From: Phoronis australis
Taxonomy: Eukaryota > Animalia > Phoronida
Reading direction: 5' to 3'
NCBI GenBank assembly: GCA_002633005.1
Contig: NMRA01000599.1
Location: forward strand, 62,001-126,000
Length of the DNA stretch: 64,000 nt
In this document: in pieces, positions 50,335 to 63,100 of the stretch
How positions within the stretch are numbered: position 1 is the stretch's first letter
How the letters are laid out: the number at the start of each line of letters is the position of its first letter
Notes under the pieces: model-generated
The model's input: only the letters and a program-made list of their open reading frames with translations
Databases searched by the model: none
What the model was told of the DNA's origin: nothing
Position numbers and translations under genes: made by a program

Positions 50335-53019
50335 CATACTGACGTCAAACATAAGTTCTGGTTTGCTTGCTTCATCTTCACAAGTCAAGATTCAACTCTG
50401 GTCGAAGAGACCGTGGCTTCGATTAGAAGTCAATTTAGTGTCTAGTTCAGGCGAAACTTACATATACCAGGTTTGGTAGTGTGGCCTTTTTCAATCGATT
50501 TCTCGTGTCGGCGAGGTACAAGTATTCGTGAATTGTGCGGCACTGGACTAGCCAATATGCCATTTTAAGGGGTCATCGGTTTTATGACAAAACCCCACTT
50601 TTAAGATTATTGTTTGATAGGATAGACTTCTTGAAGTTAATGGCTTGACCAGAGCTACGAAACGACAAATTCAGTTGTTTTGTTATTTTATAATGACCAA
50701 GTATTGCAACTGTCTTCAGACATTCGCTGAAATCAAGGACGGCGACTTTACCAGTTACGTCATAGTCCGCGGTTCATCGAGTGGAATTTAACATCGCCGG
50801 CAAAGCGTTATACTGCAACCGCGGGGTTTGCAAGTTTGAATTCGCACCGAAGTTGATCTCAGAAAGTACTTTTCTTTGTCCGCCAGGCTCATGGTGCAAC
50901 CATAGATCGGATTGTTTTACTTGGCACAGCTAAGAGACCTGGTTGACCCTGCCACCAAAAAAACAACGTATTTTATATCAATTTAGATCGAGTAGTTCCA
51001 CTCGATAACAGCAAGTTCAGTTCTTGTAACTGACATCAGACGGCAGACAGAGGTACTGAAATTAAGCATTGACGTCACAGGTTCNTAGCACAGTCCGCTC
51101 AGCAGTTAAGACGCTTACTGGTGTCAGCTTATTGCTTAAATTCATCGTTTTACACCAATAAACCACCAAAATTCGAAGTAAAATCCTTTGAAATATATTG
51201 ATTTATTAAACAAATGAGTTATTTTATTTCGCTTTTACGGATTTATAGAAATTTTGAACGTGCCGCAGCCTACAACGGAGTTTGATAGACCAAATTAGCG
51301 AGGTCGGTCGCGGGAAGTTTGGAGTTTGTTCGGTGATAAATTAGAATTTTATTATTCTTCCGTGAAATACAAACAGGAGAGTATAGCCGTGCGTTGTAAT
51401 TTTAGACTTGCGAATTTTTTCAGTTCTAAACACAAAACATTTTAACCCAAAAACTCAGAACCCGATCAGGCCCCTCCCGGCCGGACTGGAGACATTAGGA
51501 ACATTGTTAGTCGGCTGTGAAAGTTGAAAACTAAACTTCCAGGCACGAAAAGACTAAGACTAGTGAACCAAAGAAATAATATTTTGTTGAAATCTACTTA
51601 CTCGCCGGGCCCGTGAAGCCAGGTTCCTCCTCCACAGAACCTTACGGGGAAAAGGAGTACAATAACAATGATTTGAGGTAAATATGGTTAAATAAAGATT
51701 CCCCTAACATCTGACCATAGCATATATAAATATCGAGTCGTAGTTTCACAACAGCTTTCTGTCAGCAAAACTCTCACGCTCACACGGTGGTCAATTAGTT
51801 TTATTGCACCTGAAGCCGGTAACGCAATTAATATGATTTATTCATCGTTGATACTCAAAACATTTGCACTCACAAACACTCTTAAGGTGTCATAAATTGT
51901 CTCTATTGAGACAGACTTTGAAGTTTTACATAAACATTGGTTAGGGCGAGAATAATTCATTTTGTCAAACAGAACAATCCCGGCAACAGACACGGAGATA
52001 TTTCACGGCCTCATACTTGGTATTAATGGCGTACTTTTCGTTCTTTACTGCGAGGAACCACTTCCGAAGCATTTCGGGTTTTAAGGAAATCGAAAAAAAG
52101 ACGTTATACCCGCATTCCTCGCAGCTTCATTGTTTGCACATGCGGGAATACGTCACAACATAGCGGTACACACTCAGCTGAAGAACCACTGACGTCTCGC
52201 TGTGTCGTGTTCTCACCTTCCTCACAGGATAACGCGACACCTTTCGGCGAGTTGAGATTGACTGTATACGCCCGAGGTGATGTAGATATAGACCGATTAA
52301 GATGGTAACAAAAACTAATTAAATCGCATGGCATTCTACTTTAAGGCTGTGATAAGTAGTGTCTAAATGTTTATTAAAACGATACTAAACCTTTTTTGAG
52401 GATTTCAACCAATCCTCATTCTGTCACCTGATAATGCATCATTGGCGCCAATCTCGTAATAAAAAGCAGTAATCAACTAAAAACTCATACCCTTACTCAC
52501 AAATTGGACATTACTGTCCTTGGAGAGTGGTCTTTTCCCACAGTTGCCGTGTATTCGCTAAAAGCGTAGGTCACTTGCCTGTTAAGCAGATTTTGAAAGG
52601 AATTCTCAGATTTCCTTTAAGACGTTTTAGGGTTGTCGAGAGTTACAGAACATTATTTGTTTCAGAGAACTGTATAGGAAAGTCGTGTTTAGAATCTGCT
52701 AATAGGCCTAAACTGGGCTTGGTATCCTTTTAACTACATGAATACAAAAGAACTACTGGAGTAATTCATGAACGAATGTTTAGCATAACGTCATTATGTC
52801 GTTTTGTGACGGCATGTCTATTCTTATTTCCGGGTCCAAATTGCGTCATCTACTGCCATGTCACGTCATCAGTAGCCTAAACTTAACATCCGAATTCAAT
52901 ACTTGGTTAACTCGGAACAGAGAAAAGTGGACGGTGTAAGCAATATAACACCCCCCTTTTTCTAAAAATGAAAAAGGTATAAATATATATACTAATAAAA
53001 AAAGAAAAATACTGGCTCA

Positions 53020-53606
53020 TCTGACACAGATGTACACAATGAATTCGCTCTAGATATTCCGTATGCTTCTGGGCACGATCACTGGCTGTCTGGTGAACAG
53101 CTCACTTATCCTCATCGCCCACTAAGTTCTGATCATCTTTGGTACTGGTTTAGCATCATCAGGACGTCCTTGTACTACTTGCCCACGGTAGGTTTTTTGA
53201 CTCGTCTTGGTGGTGCACAGATAGGAGGAATGTGCTTTCAAATGGACGAGTAGTTGCAATATGTGGTGATGCGCTTAGGTCAAGCAAGCCGCCAAACCAT
53301 CTCTTCATGGGTTGTACTTGAGCACCATAACCGCTAAGTGGAGTAGCTCGGCATATCGCGGCTTGGCGAGGCGTAGCCTGTGACTCAACTGCGGCTTTAC
53401 GCTGATGTACTGGAGATGTTTATGGTCGTTGAACACTCAGGGTTTGCTATAGACATGTTGTAACAATGAAAGTGCTCAAGTCCAAACACAATATTCATCA
53501 ATTCACGTTCAAAGCTACTGTATTCTATTTCTGCCACACTTAGGCTCTTTAATTGAAGCGAAAGTAACTAGTAGGCCGCTGCAATCAATCCTTGCATTAA
53601 ACTAGC
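53020..53606 (-). mobile_element. Degenerate Ty3/gypsy LTR-retrotransposon pol remnant (RNase H to integrase Zn region)
   Basis: Frameshifted minus-strand translation ASLMQ..GLLVTFAS / KSLSVAEIEYSSFERELMNIVFGLEHFHCY / VFNDHKHLQYISVKP, then VIVPRS..LERIHCVHL. This matches the gypsy pattern PVAFASKSL..E.RYS..ERELLAIVFGLE.FH.Y...TDHKPL and the H-x2-H start of integrase. Confidence 0.78.
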
Positions 53607-55082
53607 ATTAAGGTTTAAGCTTAGTTAAAATTACAGGCCAATTTTGTTTAAGCTCTTGCAGTGTTAAATGTAGAATGGTGTCTGTCTTTATTCAAAATTC
53701 TCGACTGGGACGAAGCCCTAAGGGAGTCTTGACTGTTACATTCAATTCACATGATTCAGCCGGATTTGAATTTGAATTTGTCGGTAAACTTGTGATTTCT
53801 GATTTCACCGCCTTCACAAATTGTTATTTAGTCTCATGACTCTTGTGTACCTCATATAATCACCTGTTACCATGCTAACAATTTGCTGATGACACCTCAG
53901 TTCACGCTATTCAATTACCTATGTGCGACGAGGCTGAAGATTTGTGCTTTCACAACACAAAAAGTTAGAATTGACTGAAAAAACAATACACATTTTTTGG
54001 AGATTCAAGAAAAAGTTTACCCTCTGTAGCAGTGCAGAGGAAAGTAAATGAAGACCAAGTTTCACACGCGGTCGATATTTTGGTTTCCCCCACGTCGTTA
54101 GAGCGTCTGAAAGCCAACGACAGTATTGGCCAAGTGTGGAAGTCAATAATTGTTTACTATGATTACGCCCTCTAGAAGTAATTCGATCATGGAAGGACTG
54201 AGGCAATGTTTAGGCTTTCAATCGCATGTCGGCCACTCTTTCTGTGCTCTTATTGATTGCTTGTAATAGAATACCTGAAAGGTGTCAAATACTCAATTAA
54301 CAAGGCAATTTTACGGAGAAAACTTGCTGACAGCTTCATTGCAAACAGAGGTCCTGTCCCACTTCCGGGATTTTGGAGCACTTCTGCCATCGTTCCTGGT
54401 GCCTCAGACAAGCTGCAAGAGAAACTGGTCGAAACTTCGTACCAGAAGCGTTGAGCTGTAGGCCTTCGCCACGGAGCCTATGCGATACGACCTTGAGTTT
54501 ATTACGCATTTTTATTATTGCTGAGTTACTGAAAAGTGAACTCTGGAAAATAACAATATTCATAACAAATAAACGATATTATTTTGAACACCTGTTGCGT
54601 AGTTGTCACAGCCAACATCAGAGAATGAATTAACGGGAAAACTGGATTGAAAAGGGTTATTTCCGGATAAAAAGCGAGACATTTGGGTCCAAAACGCAAG
54701 GATGAAATATTCGTCGCCGCACACAAAAACGCCACGACAGAGTTTTTGTCCGTCGAACGGGATACGCAACAACCAAAAGCGGAAGACGATGACGTTTTAT
54801 CGGTGTTTAGAAAAAGCCTATGAAACGCCACGCTTTTTCTTTTTTAGTCTAACGGAAAAATAGGGGTGTGTCGCGTGGGAAATACTTATAGTATATGATA
54901 TTCAATTTCGCCCTGTGGCAAAAAGCGGGACATTTTGGTGGTGTGGCGGAATGGCGTGAAAAATTCAAAAACTTGGACAATCCGCCAAGAGCGGAACAGT
55001 TGGCAAGTACACTGTACGCTGACAGTAACACAAAGTATTGGACTGGATTATTTTACAAGGTAAACTTTTCATTTTTTAAAAT

Positions 55083-55088
55083 TTTATT
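55083..55088 (-). terminator. Candidate poly(A) signal of the cysteine-rich peptide gene
   Basis: First minus-strand AATAAA I found downstream of the stop at 57121; it would give a ~2-kb 3'UTR. Confidence 0.3.
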
Positions 55089-57120
55089 TCAGGAATATTG
55101 GTAAATACTAGACAACATTATTGCTGAGAAATCGAATTGACAAAAAGTATCTGGGCAACATGTAAACATTGCACAAATGAATTATTATAGAAAAAAATGA
55201 AAACTGTAACAATATATGCATGCATTTACACTCACACACTTAGCTATGCAAACAAAAACACGAACATTTCTATCAGTTACTTAAATACACCTTTTTAACT
55301 TTTCATTAATAATTTGCAGAATAAACACTCAGAAACTAGGTGTCACTACTGTCCGTAAGAGACTGTAATATGATTTTTAAAACGGCCAAAATGTCTTGTT
55401 TAAAAACTCCTGATATATAGTCTGACGGGTTGTCGAAAGTGGCTCTAAGACTGGAGCTGAAAAGACGCCAGAGATCAGACTATTCCCGGCATCCAGCTAG
55501 GGCCACGAATCGATGCGTATAAACATTGACCGATGTTATTGTCGGGTTTGTTGACTAATTTTGCCGATAAAATCGCTGGTTGTCTGGAACCGTACCTCAA
55601 GAGTATCTCTTGATGAACAAAAATGACAAATGAAAGTGAAGCAATGAAATTGGCTTGATTTGATGTCTACAACTTTCGATAGAAACTCCTTCTATCAGAC
55701 AAATAGAAATTCACAAAGCATACTCTTGCAGCAAGACTCGGGGTCACAAGCTCTAATAGGTTACGCGCGGGAGCTGGCATTCTATGTCTGGAATTCTATG
55801 CTCATATAACATTAATACTTTTTCCAGAGCCGTACTGTCAATGACTGATGGTGACTGAGAAATCATGTAACATTCGGATGCTGCAACAACTGTAGTCTAA
55901 ATCGATGCTCTCTGACATAATTTCTCCTTTTTGACATGCTCAACATATGGAAACGTCAAGAAAAAACAAAACATTTCATGTGACTTATACTTTTCCCATT
56001 CTCGGGCCATTTGCTCAAGACAGGCGACGCTGGCAACCAGAGAGTATGCAATTATTGATGTCGTTGTACCCGTACGTAGACGGCGACGTGAAAGAATGCA
56101 TTGCTCACAAAGATGATTGACCAGGAATCTTATGAATAATTAGCATAAGGTTAGGTAAAATCACTACAGCGCAATTTAGGTTGTAGCAAAAATAACACCA
56201 ATGCAATTATTCTAAGTGAACCGGAGACACTGTTAACAACTCTCATTCGATACTCATGTTTTGTGCGGATACCTGTGTGTCCAAAAAACAGAAAGAGCGG
56301 TCTTCAGTACTTGAAGACTTAGAATCTTACAAATCTGGCGAGATCATACAACTGGAGCGCAAAACTTTGCTAGTATTTCAAGAGTAGATGTGCGACAACG
56401 CTAACCCGCATCCGGCGCAAGGAGCCGCCATTGGTCAGCTACGTTAGACTTTGATTCATGGGGAATTCATCTTATATTCGCTACACGTACATATCAAAAC
56501 CTCTCGCTTGACCAGTTGTACCAAAAGCTTGCCTCTACTAATCCTAAACAGAGCACGATGATCAACACAACTGAATGTAAAACTGTTACAAGGCCAGTGC
56601 TTTCCCTAAAAGAAACTATTACCTTTGATCAAGGCCACTGGTCTCAACTTGATCTTTACTCAGATGAGGAGTGTTTTTGGGCTTGGAGGGAACTCAGGGT
56701 TAGTTTGAAATTGGTGGTTAACATATAGTTTAGACTTACACTACGGCCTATCTTTACAGTTTGTGGGCTTGGAGAGAACTGTTAGTTCGACATTGCTTGA
56801 CACCATGCTAGACGCATAAAATGATGACCCGGCCTGATAAGCCAGCTTGTTACGACTCCTCTCAACTAGTAATGACGAGACGCCAGTTCTTTGGAAGCCC
56901 ATCACCTCTGCTTTGAAAATAGAGCAAGCTGAGACCAGTTTCATGACTGCAAGCGACCTGTTTGTTTTTATCATGGAAGGCGGGGTTTTAGCATCTTCAG
57001 TCGGACCCAATATGTCACTCCGCGACAATTAAGTAAGCGAATAGGCTTACACATGCAGGTTATATGTAAGTAGGACTTGGCAAGCCGACGCAAATCAGGG
57101 AACATGCTGTTCCGTAGACA

Positions 57121-59753
57121 TTACCATCTAAACTCGCTTTCTTCGGGATATGGGCTTTCAAGACTGTTTCTGAAAACCCGCTTGTTTTCAGACAAATAGG
57201 TGTCTACTTCCCGGCACAGACCAACCGTCCTTGTCAACCACGGCAGATTTGTGGCTGCGCAATAGTAGTTCCAACACTGGCATTCGGAATCGGTCTTACA
57301 TCCTTGTATGCACGCTCTATTGGGGTTTACCCGCATCCACGTTAAACGTCTGCCGCTACGACTAAAAAGAAAAGGAATTTAAACAGAGAAGCATTAAAAG
57401 CTGTTGAAAATCGAGTTTCGAATTTGATCATCTGTCAAATGTTTTGGCGCTGACTTTTCTAAATAAAATCATACCATGCCAAGCTATGATCTTAATGAAC
57501 TTTTCTCTGGCTCTTGGAAGCTATGGATGCAACAATATGGAAGTGACCTAACTTCCAAGCAAATGCACTCAACATACTTGTGTTTACCCAGTTGAAGTGA
57601 ACCGAAACAGAACGTTCACGTCACTTGAACGATATGTTGCATGAAAGTGAATGCAAGATAAACAAGACAAACATAGCTTTCTTCACCTACTATGCGAAAT
57701 TACCGAAACGTCTTCTGCTTGACCCAAATTCAATTTCTGGTAGACACGATGAACCGAAGACGAAAGGCAAACTCTCTTTCATAGATATTTAGTGACATTG
57801 GATTTTTTAATGAATCGTCTGAACATACACCGCACAACAATGCTAGTTGATGGCAAGATAGAAGCCATGAATTTATAAAACATGCTACCAAATCTTATTG
57901 CTATAAAAGGGCGTTTGTCCACAAGAAACTCCATCGCATTTACTGACACAGTTTACACCAACACAGCCTTGTGGGCAAATTACGTTTGATATCCCCAAAC
58001 TGAAACTCTTAGTTTGCCCCAAGCTGCCGTTCACAAACACAACATAGAAACGGGACTATGATGGAAGTTGCATACAAAAATGTCAAGTACGCATGCTCAG
58101 GTTTGCTAACGGTGGGAGTTGTAGCAGACGTTAAGAAAGAGAAAGTGATGCTAGTTTCGCTTCTCTAGGTTGGATTTAAAGACGTTTCTTGCAGATATAA
58201 CGGTTTTGATGTAGAATTTAAGGCAGTCAGCAACAGGCTAGAATCTTGTGAGTCTGTCGAAATCGCGCAAGTGTAGCGCAAGATCTTGCTAGTATTTCCA
58301 AGGTTTGCGACTTCGCTAGCTCGTCTCTGTAAAATGGCCGCTACTGATAGTGATTGGTCAGCTACTTCAAAATCTTGGTATTATGAGGAAAAATGGTACG
58401 GAAATACGCAGGACTCACCCTACGTTTGATGCACAAAGCAAAACCTCTCAACTAAGTAAAATATGCCCAATTCCCAAAATGCCTTAAAAAGGTAAAAATT
58501 CCCCTTTAAGGACTTTGATGCGATACCGGACACGCGCGTTCCACCCAGGTTATCAGTTTTTTTATTTTAGCCGTTAGCACACTGGTCAACAGTAGGCCTA
58601 AAGTTTACTGAAAAACATTGAAATGTCGAACGTTTTCTCCAAAAATTCTCTGAAAAACTTTGGATGAGTAGCGCACAGAAGACAAGAATGCGTAAAAATC
58701 AAGAATGGTCAAAATTCAGAAAAAATATTATTTAATCGAAAACTCTGGCGATATACGGTAAGATACTTCGGAAGTACAATTACTGTTGGTGACATTTTTT
58801 GATGCTGTAGATAATTAGTCTAATTAAAAGCAATGTTATGCAATTTTAGTGACTAGTGTATAATTAATTAAACGTATTGGTTGTTTACCAAACTTTGTAA
58901 CCTCCTAGGAGTTCATGGGAAGTGATTCACCACATGTCTGTTACCAGTTGTGGGATGTTTATAATAACAATTGTGCCTTGTTTTGAAAGTTGTGTAAATT
59001 CTCTCCCTTTTAAAGAGGGAACTACAATACTATGGTAGAAGCGCTGTTTGAGTGATTTTTCACTGAAATCAATCGCAAATATCAAAATGCAGAGATCAGT
59101 GATTAGTACTTATAAAAGAACTACAGCTACAAGTTTGCAACGAAAACGACGTTTTTATCACTATGTAAATTTGGATTGATCCCACATTGATGAAAAAAGA
59201 CACCTCTTGAATTCGATTCGCTTTTTTCGGACTCGGGGATTGAGAAACACCTTGTATGATTGGCCGCTAACGTACGTATGAGCCGAGTCAGAAAAGTACA
59301 GAACGATGTATAGCGCCCACCTCCAGTTCGTCAATTTCTCATCCCAGAATTGCAACTTGGTGTGCAATAGTAAAACTTCATTGGCACTTAAAAGACTAAT
59401 GGCGAAGTAATTTTGATGTAGCAGCCACACAAATACCCTACAAACGCACAGCATTGTTAAAAATGTAGGTTGTCCGATGACAGAAAACACCGGGCGCCTG
59501 CGCAGACCACATTTCTCGCAGCATTGTTTGCAAATTCCCAGAGTCAAAGTGGCGTTGCGGTATTTCGAGATGTTGTTTTTATGATGAATAAAATTAAAGC
59601 TTAATGATGGAATAAGTAGCCATATAAGGTAACTAGCCACAAAGTAATACTAAGAAGGATAACATACCTGTTTAGAGCAGTCGTGGGCGAAAGCTGTATC
59701 ACAATTAAAATCAGCAACACTAGAGCTGTCTTGGGAGTAGACAATTTGGACAT
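57121..59753 (-). CDS. Uncharacterised secreted six-cysteine (knottin-like) prepropeptide, 108 aa
   Basis: Exon 59753-59668 encodes MSKLSTPKTALVLLILIVIQLSPTTALN (signal-peptide-like) with donor AG|GTATGT, phase 2. Exon 57361-57121 (acceptor TCTTTTTAG) continues in frame: SRSGRRLTWMRVNPNRACIQGCKTDSECQCWNYYCAATNLPWLTRTVGLCREVDTYLSENKRVFRNSLESPYPEESEFRW*. Confidence 0.78.
58200..58509. mobile_element. Dispersed repeat family (related copies at ~56320-56510 and ~38990-39240)
   Basis: Shared ordered blocks TTGCTAGTATTTC, ATTGGTCAGCTAC and AAAACCTCTC; this copy ends CCCCTTTAA (TTAA-target, Kolobok-like end). Confidence 0.45.
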
Positions 59754-60042
59754 TGCGGTGAATAACTTGTTTTCTGAAAGCTTAATAGACAAATCGTGAA
59801 TGCAGAGTGTCTCGACTACACATTTCGTAAGATAAAAATAATTATCTACACGGTCTTTAATCGCCGCCCTCAATGTGGCGACACCATGTACTTTCTTACC
59901 GTCAAGTCCGTGCACCATCCGGAATATTTCGGATATTTTGGGAGCCTCATATTTCACTTCAGAAGTGTTCTTGATTGCCCGTGTCCGCATCTCAGTGATG
60001 CTGCTAATCACGTAACTTTTCAAAGAGAATGATCAATCATAC

Positions 60043-60151
60043 CACAGTCCTGTGAGACTGCCGTGAAGAGCAGACGACGTGAAAAGCAACACGATCTTCT
60101 ATCAATTCAACTCAGTGGTTTGGCCTAGACATGTAAAATGACTGTATATAG
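60043..60151 (-). promoter_or_regulatory. Putative TATA box and 5'UTR exon of the cysteine-rich peptide gene
   Basis: Minus-strand CCTATATACAG (TATATA at 60146-60151); donor GTG|GTATGA at 60043/60042; acceptor GCTTTCAG ending at 59774, 20 nt upstream of the ATG. Confidence 0.5.
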
Positions 60152-63100
60152 GTAGTTACAGACACGCTAAAACAGAATGAAACCTTGTGGAACACTCAAC
60201 TTAAAACTCGCCCCTCTGTTAGCTGCATTGGCTAACGAAGCAAACAGTAACAACAAGCGTTCATTTCACCGTGAAACGGTATCGATTTGCTGTAGCCCGT
60301 ACGCATAAATTTCCCGCTGACAATTCTGCACTTTTTGATAAGTCCTCCTTTATAGAATCACATGACGCTACTTTTATTGGAAATTAAGTCAGCATTTAGA
60401 CAGGTGACCTTTTTCTGAAACCGTTGAGTATCTCTGTTGATTGGGACTGTTGAATGGAAGAGTTGGAAACCTCTTGGTGTCAAGGAGGACACATCAGGTA
60501 GAGGGCGATCTGTTATGGATTTTCGAGTGACAACAGTTTATACAGCAAATTTCTATGATTTGGAAAGTTGATATTTGTGAAGAGCACGTAATTAGAACAG
60601 ATGGTGTACCCGTTTAATCCAATTTCGTAGTAGCTTTGAATGAAGAAAATTATAAAATTTCTTTGAAAACATTGCTTGACAAAACTGTCATACAGAGCCA
60701 GAACATCTGGGTACTACTGCATGGTTTCAGTCTGGTTTGTCTAGAGATGAAGAAACCTCCTCCAAGCAAGTGTCAAAATTTATTTTCCATCATGAAAGCT
60801 ACATAACTGGCCATTAAAGTGAGTTGCGATTAAGAAACACCTCGGAATGAAATTTAGGGTTACGGAAACAGCGTGAGGTGTTCCAAATGATGCGCACACG
60901 TCAGACATTTTGGTAGCGTCTAATTTTTTCTCCGTAAATGAACGTTATCTGCGCATCGGGCTTCAGTCATACGGTCATTCCCAGTTAGAAAGTTACATGA
61001 CTTGCTATATTGTGACTGAATTCTGCACATACGCAGATAACAATTACTTAGAGGCAAAATTTGAGGCTACGAAAATACCCGAGGTTTTCCGTACGAGTGA
61101 AGTCAATACGTAAACACCCGACAATAGAACCGACCCGGATTACACGGCGATAGAACTCTACTTTGTCCCGGAGATAAGAAAGCGCGTGACCTCGTTTTTG
61201 GAAAGCAGGCACATTTTCGTGTCTTTCATTGATTTTGGGAAGGCGAAGAATTCCAGATCACGCATCTACGGGTATTTGTCAGGTTTATCAAACTTTGTCA
61301 CGTCAGAGATGCAGCCCATAGCACAGGAGCAATACTTAGTCGTTGACATTGGAAGAACTAATAGAGAAATGCAACCGAGAGAAACACTTGCAAAGAATCA
61401 GACAACAACAAATAAGAGTTGAAAAGCCAGTGGCACGAAAACGAGACAGCTAACATATCATGTTTGCTGATTGTAGGTAAATACAGCGAGATTCGAGTGT
61501 TTCTGTGTAATCCGGGATGGCCATATTGACGAGTTCTTCATATACAGTGGAACACGTGACTGTGATTATCTACGTAAAGTGCTCGATAGTTTTGTTTGTA
61601 GACTTGTTTTTTCCATTGATGTAACACCTTGAGCTGAGCCTGATCACTGCTACGCAACACTTCCGTCGCATTCCTAACTTTCAGCAAAAATCCATGCTTT
61701 GAATTTCGTCTTCAGCCCACATGGGCAATAAGCTAGGTCACTCCCTGTTACCCTAAAGTCGGACGCCCAATACATGATAATGAAGACCGTCATTGCATAG
61801 CACTCACCACTAGTTTCACTAGCATTATAATTCATCAAAGTGGTTTGCGAAGATTATCTCCGTTTACGGTCTGCGGCCAAATTTACGTTCAACTGCAAAC
61901 CTTTGTTCTAAAATGCCACGCCTTTGCGGTGTTTGGAACCATGTGCGTGCGACAGCTGCAGCTACGAGCGGACGCACGACCTTTCCGAATAATGACGTCA
62001 ATACAGTCAAGAACGTATTGTATTTTTAATTTACTCGATATCGACTGCGTAATCGCGGCAGGGACGAGGCTCGATAAGAATGCGATGACGATGCTTCGGC
62101 AGATCAAATACGCTTGTTTTACACCACGGTACGTGTTCCCCAAAATTTATCCTGACCCTTAAATTACTCAGAGACATTCTCTCCAAACTGTCATTACTCG
62201 ACTAATATTCGACAAATGGCGATCACTCAGTTCTCTTCAAGAAGGACACAGAACTACTATTCTCGACTTGTAATGTTAGCCATTGGTGCACAAAAACAAG
62301 AAACATCAAACTTGAGTGCATTTTGTTACCTAGCGTCCTTTACAGTTAAGATAATGGGTTTCCAGTAAGGGAGGTAGGAAAAAGGGCATTCGAGACGAAT
62401 TCACGGTTTTGAGTTGGTCATGCGTAGCGGGTGCACCATACAAGTAGCGTGGAAGAGAACAAGGGCAGAGTAGGCTAAATAAGCAGAATTTACATAGGCA
62501 TCTAAAGAAACCTGACAATGAAATTCATATTTAGCCAGTATCTCTTGTCCCTTGGTTCTCGTCTTCGCTAGCCAACCCTTACTGGGGTTATTGGTGAGAG
62601 TAAAAACGTAAGATTTTCTACTTATCATATACAAATTTTCAAGTAATCCAATTCTTCCGAGTTTTAATTAGTTATGCATAAGTCACTCCAGAGATGACGT
62701 TCGTGGCCCGAATCTTTTCGCTCCAGTTTGACTTCTTTACATGCACCTCGGACTGTATTTGATATCGGATGCGTGTACCTCAGCATGCCTGTTAGACAGT
62801 GCCGGATTTACCTTTCTCCGAGTCTTATTCAGTATGTCAGGAAGTTGTTGCCTATCGGGATGCAACCATAATAAGCTTCCGAAGAGCACAAAAGTTCTCT
62901 TTCACGAGTTTCCTGTAGATGACAAGATCCGTCGCAGTTGTCTCTAAGAGAGTAGCGTTTTCCGTTCACGCTAGGGCTAAAGCTGTGCATAATTATGGCG
63001 CGTTCGGAAACATTTCTTGCAGTTGGAATACGAAGGTAATGATTCGCGCCTCGAACGTCACTTCCGGAGTGACGCGAGCATAGTTAATTAGAATTTGGAA

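Noticed and set aside
54100-55016. Possible DNA-transposase C-terminal remnant with a hAT-like right end (GTTGGCAAGTACACTG)
   Set aside because: Short broken ORFs with no diagnostic motif; no matching left TIR or TSD found.
56741-57028. 95-aa minus-strand ORF downstream of the peptide gene
   Set aside because: Non-ATG start and no recognisable features; likely 3'UTR.
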